DNA from: an uncultured bacterium
GTDB lineage: Bacteria > Krumholzibacteriota > Krumholzibacteriia > LZORAL124-64-63
Length of the DNA: 64,000 nucleotides
Direction: 5' to 3'
Assembly (NCBI GenBank): GCA_963727525.1
Contig: CAVSGO010000006.1
Coordinates: 224,001-288,000 of the forward strand
Under the pieces are notes generated by a model, which was not told the origin of the DNA, ran no database searches, and saw only the letters and a list, made by a program, of their open reading frames with translations. Below are positions 11,171 to 21,081 of this stretch, piece after piece. Every line of letters starts with the position of its first letter. The first letter of the stretch is position 1. The position numbers were made by a program, and so were the translations under genes.

Positions 11171-11199
11171 TGGACTTGTCCCGGCCCCCTGTCTACCTT
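11171..11199 (+). promoter_or_regulatory. Putative sigma70 promoter of the homoaconitase operon
   Basis: TGGACT-17 nt-TACCTT about 50 nt upstream of ATG 11251. Confidence 0.45.
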
Positions 11200-11250
11200 G
11201 GAGGCACACGGCAGGCCTTGTACCCCTTCTTTCGGGAGTGTGCGGACGTC

Positions 11251-13188
11251 ATGGGTCAGACGATGGTGGAAAAGATCTGTCAACAGCATCTCGCCGAGGG
11301 GCCCGACCGGCCCCTGCGCGCGGGTGACGTGATCTCGCTGCGGCCGCGGCACGTGATGACGCACGACAACACGGCGCCGGTGCTCAAGAAGTTCAAGGCG
11401 ATCGGCGCCACCCGGATCCACGATCCGCGTCAGGTGGTGTTCACCCTCGACCACGAGATCCAGAACACGACGCCCGAGAATCTCGCGAAGTACACGCAGA
11501 TCGAGGACTTCGCGAAGGAACACGGCATCGACTTCTACCCGGCCGGCACGGGGATCGGACACCAGATCATGGTGTCGCACGGCTACGTGGTGCCCGGGTC
11601 GCTCGTGGTGGCCTCCGACTCGCACTCCAACATGTATGGCGCACTCGGCGCCTGTGGCACGCCCGTGGTGCGCACCGACGCCGCCGCGATCTGGGCAACC
11701 GGCGAGTTCTGGTGGCAGATTCCGCGTTCGATCCAGGTGACGCTCAGCGGCAAGCTCCAGGGCGGCGCCACCGGCAAGGACGTCATCGTCTCGCTGTGCG
11801 GCCTGTACAACCAGGGCGAGGTGCTCAACGCCGCCATCGAGTTCACCGGGCCGGGCGTGGCCACGCTGAGCATGGATGAGCGCATGGCCATCAGCAACAT
11901 GACCACCGAGTGGGGCGCCCTCGTCGGCTGGTTCCCCGCCGACGACGTCACCCTCGCCTACCTGCGCGAGCGCAAGGCGAAGCTCGATCTGACGCGCTAC
12001 AGCGATGCCGATCTCGAGCACTGGGCGCAGCAGCCGCTCCAGCCTGATCCCGACGCCGTGTATGCCGGCACCATCGCCCTCGATCTGGGCGACGTGAGCC
12101 CGCACGTGTCGGGCCCCGATTCCGTGCAGGTGATGCGTTCGGTAGCCGACATTGCGCGCGAGAAGGTGCGCATACAGAAGGCCTATCTCGTGTCGTGCGT
12201 GAACAGCCGGCTCTCGGACCTCGATGCGGCGGCGGCCGTGATCAAGGACCGCCACGTGGCCGACGGCGTGGCGTTCTACGTGGCCGCGGCGAGTGCCGAG
12301 GTGCAGCAGGACGCCGAGGCCTCGGGCGCCTGGGGCGCGCTGCTTGCCGCGGGCGCGAAGCCGCTCCCTTCTGGCTGCGGGCCGTGCATCGGGTTGGGCA
12401 CCGGGCTGCTGGAACCGGGGGAGGTGGGCATCTCGGCCACCAACCGCAACTTCAAGGGCCGCATGGGCTCGCGCGAGGCGAAGGCCTATCTGGCCAGCCC
12501 GCAGGTGGTGGCCGCATCGGCTGTGGCCGGCTACATCACGGCGCCCGCCGCGGTGGTCGACTGCGCGCCGGCCTACGCCTTCACGGTGGGCGCGGTGAAG
12601 GCCAGCGGCGGCGGCGAGCACATCGCCATCCTCGAGGGTTTTCCGCCGCGCATCGAGGGGCGCCTGGTCTTCCTGCCGCAGGACAACCTGAACACCGACG
12701 GCATCTACGGCAAGGACTACACCTACCGTGAGTTGACGCGCGAGGAGATGGCGAAGGTCGTCATGCAGAACTACGACCCCGCCTTCGTCCAGAAGGTACA
12801 CGCGGGCGACATCCTCGTGGGCGGGGCCAACTTCGGTACGGGATCCAGCCGCGAGCAGGCGGCTACCGCGTTGCTGGCCGCGGGCTTGCCGCTGGTGATT
12901 GCGAGCAGCTTCTCGCAGACCTACCTGCGCAACGCATACAACAACGGCTTCGTGTGCATCGAGTGCCCCGAGCTGGTGGCTGACCTGCGGCAAACGCTCG
13001 CCGACCGCGTGCAGGGCGGCGAGGCGACCATCATCCCCGGCGACGTCATCACCATCGATTTCACCCGCGGTTCAGCCGCCTACGCTGGCCGCGACTACGC
13101 TTTCCCCGCGCTCGGCTCGGTGCCGCAGTCGCTCTACGTGGCCGGTGGCATCGAGAACCTCGTGCGCAAGAAGCTGAGACTCGCGTGA
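11251..13188 (+). CDS. lysF: Homoaconitase, single-chain (fused large and small subunit, fungal Lys4-like)
   Basis: [60 protein letters not shown]-terminal swivel domain DNLNTDGIY and [11 protein letters not shown]. Confidence 0.85.
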   Translation: MGQTMVEKICQQHLAEGPDRPLRAGDVISLRPRHVMTHDNTAPVLKKFKAIGATRIHDPRQVVFTLDHEIQNTTPENLAKYTQIEDFAKEHGIDFYPAGTGIGHQIMVSHGYVVPGSLVVASDSHSNMYGALGACGTPVVRTDAAAIWATGEFWWQIPRSIQVTLSGKLQGGATGKDVIVSLCGLYNQGEVLNAAIEFTGPGVATLSMDERMAISNMTTEWGALVGWFPADDVTLAYLRERKAKLDLTRYSDADLEHWAQQPLQPDPDAVYAGTIALDLGDVSPHVSGPDSVQVMRSVADIAREKVRIQKAYLVSCVNSRLSDLDAAAAVIKDRHVADGVAFYVAAASAEVQQDAEASGAWGALLAAGAKPLPSGCGPCIGLGTGLLEPGEVGISATNRNFKGRMGSREAKAYLASPQVVAASAVAGYITAPAAVVDCAPAYAFTVGAVKASGGGEHIAILEGFPPRIEGRLVFLPQDNLNTDGIYGKDYTYRELTREEMAKVVMQNYDPAFVQKVHAGDILVGGANFGTGSSREQAATALLAAGLPLVIASSFSQTYLRNAYNNGFVCIECPELVADLRQTLADRVQGGEATIIPGDVITIDFTRGSAAYAGRDYAFPALGSVPQSLYVAGGIENLVRKKLRLA

Positions 13189-15050
13189 CTGCATCCCGTG
13201 ACCGCAACGTCGCGAACTTCCTGCCGCGAAGCCGCGCGGAGATGGCGGCCCTGGGGTGGGACCGTTGCGACGTGGTCCTGGTCACGGGCGACGCGTACGT
13301 CGACCATCCCTCCTACGGCGTGGCCCTCATCGCGCGCCTGCTCGAGAGCCGGGGTCTGCGCGTCGGCGTGATCGCCCAGCCCGACTGGCGCGGCACCGCC
13401 GACTTCGCGCAGCTCGGCGAACCGCGGCTGTGCTTCGGCGTCACGGGTGGCAATGTCGACTCGATGGTCGCCAACACCACTGCCGGCAAGCGCCGCCGCA
13501 AGTTCGACGATTACGCGCCCGGCGACCGCGCCGGCCTGCGCCCCGACCGGGCCGTGATCGTCTACGCGAATCGACTGCGCGAGGCATTCGGCTCTGTGCC
13601 CATCATGCTCGGTGGCCTCGAGGCCAGCCTGCGTCGCCTCGCGCACTACGACTACTGGGAGGATCGGGTGCGCCGCGGGGTGCTCGTCGACGCGCGCGCC
13701 GATATCCTGGTCTACGGCATGGGCGAGCGGCAGATCGCGGAGATCATGGAACGCCTCGAGCGCGGCGCGACGCTCGACGGCATCCGCGGCACCGTGGTGG
13801 TGCGCGGCGCCGATGCGGTGCCGGCCGACGCCGTGACGCTACCTTCTTACGAGGAGGCGGCCGCCGATCGCGACGCCTTCGGTGCGGCCTTCAAGCTGGC
13901 CTACCGCGAGATGGATCCCGGCGTGGGGCGCGCCGTCGTCCAGCCGCACGGCGATCGCGTGGTGATCCAGTATCCGCCCGCACTGCCGCTGACCACCGCC
14001 GAGCTGGACGCGCTCTACGCCCTGCCCTACGCGCGGGCGTGGCACCCCGACTACGACGCCGCGGGCGGCATCCGCGCCTTCGAGACGGTGCGCCACTCCA
14101 TCACCTCGCACCGGGGTTGCAGCGGCGAGTGCGCGTTCTGCGCGATCTACTTCCATCAAGGACGCATCGTGCAATCGCGCAGCGAGGCGTCGATCCTCGC
14201 CGAGGGGCGCGCGCTGGCAGCGCGGCAGGACTTCAACGGCACGATCACCGACGTCGGCGGTCCCACCGCCAACATGTATGCTTGCTCCTGCGCGCGCTGG
14301 AAGAAGCACCGCTTCTGCTCTGACAAGCACTGCCTCGTGCCCGACAAATGCTTATCGTTCAAGCGCGGCTACAGCGCCTGCATCCAGCTCTACCGCAAGC
14401 TCGCCGCTATTCCGGGCGTGAAGCACGTGTTCATCGGCAGCGGCCTGCGCCACGATCTGCTGGCCGACGACGAGGCGCGCCCCTACCTCGAGCAGATCTG
14501 CCGATACCAGGTGAGCGGTCTGCTGAAGGTGGCGCCCGAGCATTGTGACGACGGCGTGCTCGGCCTGATGCGCAAGCCCCGCTTCGCCGTCTACGAGGAG
14601 TTCGTGAAGCGTTTCAAGGCGGCCGCACGCGCGGTGGGCAAGGAGATCTACATCGTCAACTATTTCATCACGTCGCATCCCGGCGCCACGTTGCGCGAGA
14701 ACCTGAAGCTGGCGCTCTACCTTGCGAAGAGGCGGATCAAACCGGAGCAGATCCAGGACTTCATCCCCTCGCCGATGACGCTGTCCACCTGCATCTATCA
14801 CACCGGCCGCGATCCGTTCACGGGCAAGGCCGTGCCAGTGGCTCGTGGTGAGCGCGAGCGCCGTCTGCAACGCGCCATGGTCCAGTACGACAAGCCGGGC
14901 AACCGCGCACTCCTGGCAGAAGCGCTCGATACGATCGATAGTCGCCACGTGCTTCCCAAGTTCGACGCCGCCATCGCGGCCACGCAGACCAGCAAGCGCG
15001 GCCGACGACCGCTACGTCGCTCCGCACCGCCCCGGAGGCGCCGCTCATGA
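13185..15050 (+). CDS. YgiQ/UPF0313 family radical SAM protein
   Basis: [58 protein letters not shown]. Confidence 0.93.
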   Translation: MTASRDRNVANFLPRSRAEMAALGWDRCDVVLVTGDAYVDHPSYGVALIARLLESRGLRVGVIAQPDWRGTADFAQLGEPRLCFGVTGGNVDSMVANTTAGKRRRKFDDYAPGDRAGLRPDRAVIVYANRLREAFGSVPIMLGGLEASLRRLAHYDYWEDRVRRGVLVDARADILVYGMGERQIAEIMERLERGATLDGIRGTVVVRGADAVPADAVTLPSYEEAAADRDAFGAAFKLAYREMDPGVGRAVVQPHGDRVVIQYPPALPLTTAELDALYALPYARAWHPDYDAAGGIRAFETVRHSITSHRGCSGECAFCAIYFHQGRIVQSRSEASILAEGRALAARQDFNGTITDVGGPTANMYACSCARWKKHRFCSDKHCLVPDKCLSFKRGYSACIQLYRKLAAIPGVKHVFIGSGLRHDLLADDEARPYLEQICRYQVSGLLKVAPEHCDDGVLGLMRKPRFAVYEEFVKRFKAAARAVGKEIYIVNYFITSHPGATLRENLKLALYLAKRRIKPEQIQDFIPSPMTLSTCIYHTGRDPFTGKAVPVARGERERRLQRAMVQYDKPGNRALLAEALDTIDSRHVLPKFDAAIAATQTSKRGRRPLRRSAPPRRRRS

Positions 15051-16429
15051 CCAATCCGCATGCCCGCCCTGAAGCCCCGGCCATCTACGATGACCCGCGC
15101 GTGCCGGAGCACACGTTCCACCTGTGGACCCGCTACGTGACGGCCGATATCGGCACGGCCCTCGATCGCTGGCTCTCGCGCGAACTCGGGGCCCTCGTCG
15201 GACTGCGGCGGCAGCAGCGGCTGTGGATCGGCGAGCAGCTCACCGACGCCGTGCGCTTCGCGCCACTGGCCCTCTTCTGCGACCACCTCTGCGCGCATCC
15301 GCCCACGAGTCTTGATCCCGATGGCCTCGATGCGGCCCTCGATCCCTGGGCCGCGGCCGAGCCGGACCCGGTGGCCATGGGCCAGTGGCTGCGCGCACTG
15401 CCGGCGTCGGCCGCGTTCTTCTGGGTGTTCCTGCGCAAGCGGCAGGCGGGCGCGACGATGCCGAAGGTCACCTTGCCGCATCCCGACGCGATGAGCGTCT
15501 GGCGCGCCGCGCGCGAGTGGTGCGTGGCTTCGCCGCGCCTGGAGGTGCAGCTCCTCTGGGCCGGCTTGCCGCCATGGTTGGCACCGACGCTCGCGCGCCG
15601 GGCCGCGTCGTCAGGCTGGACCGACTGGCAGACTCATCAGTTCCTCACGTTGCTGGCCACGCGGCCGCCGCTGTGGTTGCGGCTGAACGATCCCGACCAT
15701 CGCGACGCCGTCCTCGCCGAGCTTGAGGAATTCCACTTCACCCTGGTGACCAGCGACGGCGACGCCCTCGCCGTGAAGGGCCCGCGCGGCATCGTCGAGC
15801 GCGCCTGCATCCGCGAGGGACACGTGGCCATCCAGGACATGGCGAGCCAGCGCATCGGCCTGGCCGTGGGCGTGGAGCCGGGCCACTTCGTCTGGGACGC
15901 CTGTGCCGGCGGCGGCGGCAAGAGCCTGCAACTCGCCGCCCTCATGCGCGGCCGCGGCGCCATCTACGCCACCGATATCAACCCGCGCCGCCTCCAGGAT
16001 CTGCGCTTGCGGGCGCAGCGCGCGGGCTTCACTTCGATCCGCGCCCACGAGTGGGACGGCCAGGCCCTGCCCCCCTTCGGCAACGCGGTGGCCAAGCACG
16101 GCGGCTTCGACCGCGTGCTCGTGGACGCGCCGTGTTCGGGCTCCGGTACCTGGCGCCGCAACGTGGAGGGCCGCCTCATGGTACGCCGCGACGAGATCGC
16201 CGGCCTCACCGCGCGCCAGGGGCGCCTGCTCGACGTGGCCGCGGGGGCCGTGAAATCCGGCGGCCGCCTCGTCTACGCCACCTGCTCGTTCCGCTGCGAG
16301 GAGAACGAGGACGTGGTCGCCGCCTTCCTCGGCGGACATCCCGAGTTCACGCTGGTGGAGCGGCGCGTGCACGGCAGTCCTGACGAGGACGCCGACACGA
16401 CGTTCACGGCGGTGTGCGAGCGGCAATGA
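15047..16429 (+). CDS. RsmB/NOP family RNA m5C methyltransferase
   Basis: [42 protein letters not shown]. Confidence 0.9.
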   Translation: MTNPHARPEAPAIYDDPRVPEHTFHLWTRYVTADIGTALDRWLSRELGALVGLRRQQRLWIGEQLTDAVRFAPLALFCDHLCAHPPTSLDPDGLDAALDPWAAAEPDPVAMGQWLRALPASAAFFWVFLRKRQAGATMPKVTLPHPDAMSVWRAAREWCVASPRLEVQLLWAGLPPWLAPTLARRAASSGWTDWQTHQFLTLLATRPPLWLRLNDPDHRDAVLAELEEFHFTLVTSDGDALAVKGPRGIVERACIREGHVAIQDMASQRIGLAVGVEPGHFVWDACAGGGGKSLQLAALMRGRGAIYATDINPRRLQDLRLRAQRAGFTSIRAHEWDGQALPPFGNAVAKHGGFDRVLVDAPCSGSGTWRRNVEGRLMVRRDEIAGLTARQGRLLDVAAGAVKSGGRLVYATCSFRCEENEDVVAAFLGGHPEFTLVERRVHGSPDEDADTTFTAVCERQ

Positions 16430-16539
16430 CCACGCGTTCGCGATGCGGAAGAATCGGAACATCGTACCGGCGTCATTTCCGTGGAGCGGAGCCGACCCGG
16501 ATCTCGAACGAAGCCGTCGCCAACCCGAGGTGAAACGAC

Positions 16540-18087
16540 GTGAAGGTGCTGTACATCGCGGCGGAGTGCAAGCCGTTCTCGAAGACGGGGGGTGTGGGGG
16601 ACGTGGCCGGGGAGCTGCCGGGAGCGATCCGGGAGTGTGGTGTGGACATCGAGATCGTGACGCCGCTTTATGGGCGGGCGAAGGTCGATGAGCGCGAGCT
16701 CGAATCGGTCGCGAGCTACGAGGTAATATTCCAGGGCCAGCGGGAGCGCGTCGAGGTGCTGCGGACCAGGCACGACGGGGTGGCGGTCAACTTCGTCAGG
16801 AATGCGACCTACTTCGCGGTCGACTACTCGACGGGGGTGCATGCCGTGCCCTTCCTCAACCCACACCTGTTCAAGAAAGACTACGCCACGCCGTACGTCG
16901 ACAGCGCGCCGGAGCCCATCGCCTTCTACGACGACGCATTGCGGTTCTCGTTCTTCAGCGCGGCCTGCCTGCCCTTCATCGAGAAGCTACGGCCCGACAT
17001 CGTGCACGCGAACGACTGGGTACTCGGCTACCTCTTCGGGTGGATGGCGATGAAGGGGCTGCCGCCGAAGCGGGTGCTGACCATTCACAACATCGGCTAC
17101 CAGGGGAACATCGGACGCGACACGATCACGGGCTGGGACATCGAGACGATCGCGAACGATCGCGCGCTCGGGCCGTTGTTCGCCGATCCCCGCGTCGACT
17201 GGGAAAGCGTCAACGCGCTGCGGCTGGCCATGGAACTGGCCCACCAGGTGAACGCCGTCAGCCCCACGTACGCGCGCGAGATCACCGAGTCCGAGGACGG
17301 GAGCCGATACTTCGAGGGCGGCAAGGGGCTCGATGAGGTGGCGCGCCGGCTGGCGGGCCCGCCGCAGCGGTTGCACGGAATCCTGAACGGGTTCGCCTAC
17401 GCCCAGGCGCCGGACCGAGCCTGCTTCGAAGCCATCCTCGCCGAGAAGTCCCGCATGAAGCGCGCGCTGGCCCGCGACTACGGCGCTGCGGACGCCATGC
17501 TCATCGGGTTCGTCGGGCGGGCCGTGGAGCAGAAATTCCGACTTCTGACCGAAACGCTCGATGGCAGGAGCGTCCTCGCGCACATCCTCGACATCCCGGA
17601 CGTCAACGTGGCCGTGCTGGCGACGGGCCAGCGGGAGTACGAAACCTTCCTGAGGAGCGACGAGCTGGCGGCGCGGCCCAACTTCCACGCGACGATCGCG
17701 TACGACCGAACGAAGGCCGGACAGATCAGCCTCGGCAGCGATGTGTTCCTGATGCCGAGCCTGTTCGAACCCTGCGGGATCACGCAGATGGAGTCGATGA
17801 ACTGCGCGACACCGCCCCTCGTGCGCTGGACGGGCGGTCTCGTGGATACCGTCCAGCCGCCGACGCACCCGTCGGGCGGCACCGGCTTCGGCTTCGACGG
17901 GCGGACGCGGGACGAGGTGCTACACAACCTCGTCGCGGCGGTGCGCGACGCGCACGCGCTGTATCACGGCAACCGGGCAGCCTTCCGCGAGATGCAGTGG
18001 CGCGGCTTCCAGCAGCGGTTCCTTTGGGCGGACGCCGCGGCGGATTACGTCGCCAAGCTCTACGAGCCGGCGCTCGGCTCGCGGTGA
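16540..18087 (+). CDS. glgA: Glycogen/starch synthase (GT5)
   Basis: KPFSKTGGVGDVA, VHANDW, LTIHNIGYQG, AVSPTYAREI, GILNG, PSLFEPCGITQM, TGGLVDTV. Confidence 0.85.
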   Translation: MKVLYIAAECKPFSKTGGVGDVAGELPGAIRECGVDIEIVTPLYGRAKVDERELESVASYEVIFQGQRERVEVLRTRHDGVAVNFVRNATYFAVDYSTGVHAVPFLNPHLFKKDYATPYVDSAPEPIAFYDDALRFSFFSAACLPFIEKLRPDIVHANDWVLGYLFGWMAMKGLPPKRVLTIHNIGYQGNIGRDTITGWDIETIANDRALGPLFADPRVDWESVNALRLAMELAHQVNAVSPTYAREITESEDGSRYFEGGKGLDEVARRLAGPPQRLHGILNGFAYAQAPDRACFEAILAEKSRMKRALARDYGAADAMLIGFVGRAVEQKFRLLTETLDGRSVLAHILDIPDVNVAVLATGQREYETFLRSDELAARPNFHATIAYDRTKAGQISLGSDVFLMPSLFEPCGITQMESMNCATPPLVRWTGGLVDTVQPPTHPSGGTGFGFDGRTRDEVLHNLVAAVRDAHALYHGNRAAFREMQWRGFQQRFLWADAAADYVAKLYEPALGSR

Positions 18088-18328
18088 ACGCAAGTGAAGG
18101 ACCGGTGCGCGTGAGAGGTGCGTGAGCCGTTGCGCGACTCACGGCCACAGGATGTGCAGATAGGGAGATCACCACGCCGCGCGCGGCGGCGTGATGGCGG
18201 AAACCGCGGTTCGATTAGACCGTCAATTCTTACGATACGCCTTCTTGCAATCCGGCAGCGACCCGACCTTCCGCGACGTGGGCTCATACCTGCGGTCGGG
18301 ACGAACTGACGCGCAGGCATTGCGCTGA

Positions 18329-20578
18329 CTAGTAGTCCAGCCACTCGATCGGCGACTCAAGCCGCGCGCCCTTGATACGCTCGATCAGTTCGGTGAACAC
18401 AGGGATATTGTTGTCGAAGGAGCCGTGGGTCGCCGGCACCTGGGCGCCGGTACGGGTGCAGGTCACGGTGGGGCTGGTGATCGGCCTCGCCAGCAGTTGC
18501 GTGTCCACGATCGGCTTCCACCGCTTCTGCCAGGTCTGCACGAAGGGCAGCTCGCTCGCTTGCCACTGGTCGGAGTCGTCCGCGTAGCCAGGCTGCAATG
18601 CACGTTCCATGCCCAGCAATGGCATCTTGCGCTGGTCATCGAGTGCGCGCGAGACGAGGTACAGCAGCGACTTGCCGTAGGCCGCGGTCGTGGGGCAAGG
18701 CAAACCGTCGCGTTTCTCGTTGGCATCCGACAGGTAGTAGAGCCACAGGCGGTCGAGCGACAGCAGCTTCTTGCTGGCGGCGGCGAGGTAGCGTTCGACC
18801 GCGAAGCGCAGTGAACACGCGGCCGCGAGCAGAGTACAGGTGCTCACCCGAGGCGACGCCTGGCGCAGATCGGAGCGCAGACAGCGTTCGAGGTAGTGCC
18901 CGAGCAGGATCGACCCCGCCGAATGGCCGGCAAGGTGCAATTCGAGGCTGCGCTGCTTCTTCTGCAGCGACGCATCGACGTCGGCGAGGTTGCGGGCCAG
19001 AAGGTCGAGGCCGCGCCCCGCCTGCGTACCGAAACTGGCGTTCTCACACATCTCGCTCCAGATGCCCCTGCCCAGGACGTGGGCAACTGCCTCGCAGGCG
19101 CGATCGCGCGCGTCTTCGAACTTCTCCTTGAGCTGATCGAGGACGCCTGCCGTCAGACCATCGTCGCCGCCGCCAATGCGCTTCAGCCAGTCGGTGACCA
19201 TGTCGGCGATCGTCTCGCCGGCGCCCGTCTGCCAGGTCAAGAACAGCGGGTAGATGCCGTTGGCGTGGAAGCAGGGCCCGAGCACGCGGTTGCGCGCAAT
19301 CGCCTGCTCCTGGGAATTCAGGCCCCCATGCGCGTAGAGGGCGAGCTTGACCGGACCCTTGGGTTGTTTGAGCGCCCATCTGAGGATGCTGTCGTGCACG
19401 ATGCCCTTCGCGTAGGCCTCGTGGTCATCGGTGTCGCTGGTCAGATCGCAGACGATCAGTTCGCCGTCGTTGCCCGTGACTAGGGAGTGCTGGTACGCCT
19501 CGCCAGTCGACCAGGGCTGGTAGTCCGGATTCGCGAAGTCGTGGTCGAAGGGCCATGGGTCGTGCGGCGGATTGCCCACCGCGCTTGCCGCGCGATCCCG
19601 AGAGACGAGATGCCGACCCGTGGGCACGGGCCAGTGCGAGGAGATCCGCGCGGAGTCCGCCAGGTCTGCCGGCACGCCGAGGGCGCAGGCCCAGGCGTCG
19701 GTGCCATGCAAGATCCAGTCGTCGTAGGGTAGAAGCGCGAATCCCGAGGCACCCCAGCTCGTCCCCCACGAATTCTGCACGACGAAGCCGCGCTCATTGA
19801 AGCCCACCAGCGCGAAGGCGTGGCCGCCCATGCTCTTGCGATCAGTGACCGGCGCGATGACTGGCAGGTCGTCGTGCGAGCGCGGCGAGCGCAAGGGCGT
19901 GTCCAGAAGCAACGCGTCCCAGCCGTCGTGAGCCTGGCCGGAGACGTAGACGGCGCCGATTTCCGCGATCGCTGCTTGCAAGTCGACGACCGCGTCCTTC
20001 TTGACGCGGTAATATACGCCGATCGTGCGTTTGCCCGCATCCGTGTCCCAGCCCTTGCGTGGTGAGACGAACGCCGCCTTGCCGCTCTTGAGGATCCGGT
20101 ACGGCCACAGCGACTCGCCACAGACGCCATGCTTATGCCAGCCTTTCAAGGCACCGCGACAGCTCGAGCCCTCGTAGTTCTGCCCCGGCCATTCGTCATA
20201 ACGTTTGGCGAGCTGGTAAAACATCTGCGGACTGACGGATTCGAAGACCTCGTCGGCAACGGTCTCGATGTGCCGGATCCACAGCAAGTAGTTTGCAACG
20301 CAGGCCAGACCGAAGCCCGTACATGCGCCCTCGGTACCCTGGTCGCGGATCAAGCCAGCTTTGACGTAGGCAGCCAGGTGCTTGCGGATGAACCCGTCGG
20401 AAGGAAAGCGGACGGGCAACGAGCGCAGCGGTGGTCGGTAGAGGAGGTCGCGGAAGTCGAGTCGGTCGGGGCGGGCATCGAAGACGCGACCGCGGAGGCC
20501 GGCGACCTTGCTCCCGGCGGTCGTGACGGGCTGCGTCGGCTTGGCGACGGGTTTCCGGCTGCGTGTACGTTTTGCCAT
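18329..20578 (-). CDS. C1 (papain) family peptidase fused to a C-terminal alpha/beta-hydrolase
   Basis: DQGTEGACTGFG, GGHAFALVG and QNSWG (papain triad); YAHGGLN, LAGHSAGS and HGSFDN (hydrolase). Confidence 0.85.
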   Translation of the reverse strand: MAKRTRSRKPVAKPTQPVTTAGSKVAGLRGRVFDARPDRLDFRDLLYRPPLRSLPVRFPSDGFIRKHLAAYVKAGLIRDQGTEGACTGFGLACVANYLLWIRHIETVADEVFESVSPQMFYQLAKRYDEWPGQNYEGSSCRGALKGWHKHGVCGESLWPYRILKSGKAAFVSPRKGWDTDAGKRTIGVYYRVKKDAVVDLQAAIAEIGAVYVSGQAHDGWDALLLDTPLRSPRSHDDLPVIAPVTDRKSMGGHAFALVGFNERGFVVQNSWGTSWGASGFALLPYDDWILHGTDAWACALGVPADLADSARISSHWPVPTGRHLVSRDRAASAVGNPPHDPWPFDHDFANPDYQPWSTGEAYQHSLVTGNDGELIVCDLTSDTDDHEAYAKGIVHDSILRWALKQPKGPVKLALYAHGGLNSQEQAIARNRVLGPCFHANGIYPLFLTWQTGAGETIADMVTDWLKRIGGGDDGLTAGVLDQLKEKFEDARDRACEAVAHVLGRGIWSEMCENASFGTQAGRGLDLLARNLADVDASLQKKQRSLELHLAGHSAGSILLGHYLERCLRSDLRQASPRVSTCTLLAAACSLRFAVERYLAAASKKLLSLDRLWLYYLSDANEKRDGLPCPTTAAYGKSLLYLVSRALDDQRKMPLLGMERALQPGYADDSDQWQASELPFVQTWQKRWKPIVDTQLLARPITSPTVTCTRTGAQVPATHGSFDNNIPVFTELIERIKGARLESPIEWLDY

Positions 20579-21081
20579 GAGTCCGCGCTCCCTGTTCGGG
20601 CGAATGCGGGTGGAGGACATGCCCATCAGACTAGCCCAGGCGCAGCCGGAGTCAATCAGTCTTGTTGAGGCGAACGGGCGCGCTCGGCGGCGTGCCGAAG
20701 GGGGTGGACGACCAGTTCGGTCGGATTGTAGTGGAGATCCACCGGCAACCCATCTTGACACACACCAGCGACATGGTGCGCGGCGACATCATCGGACAGC
20801 GGCCCCGCAAAGATCACGTCGTCCTGTTAGATCCCGCTCTCGTAAAGCTCCTGCAGGAACGCCAGGTATTCGGAATCCGCCGCGATCTGTGCGGCGGAGT
20901 CGGTCTTCATCTCTGAATTCACCGATGCCCGACGACTTGTATGGAATACAGGGTGCAGCTGGTCGACCCGATCCAGGAATCGCAAGGCGATGGATTGCCC
21001 TGAGTCCCGATCTCTGGCCAAAGGGAGATTGATATGGTATGAATGCCCCACCCGTGCCCAGCCATTGATCCGGAGAACCGC

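Noticed and set aside
18088-18328. Structured ncRNA between glgA and the peptidase
   Set aside because: Several GC-rich hairpins but no recognisable family; adequately explained as terminators of convergent genes.
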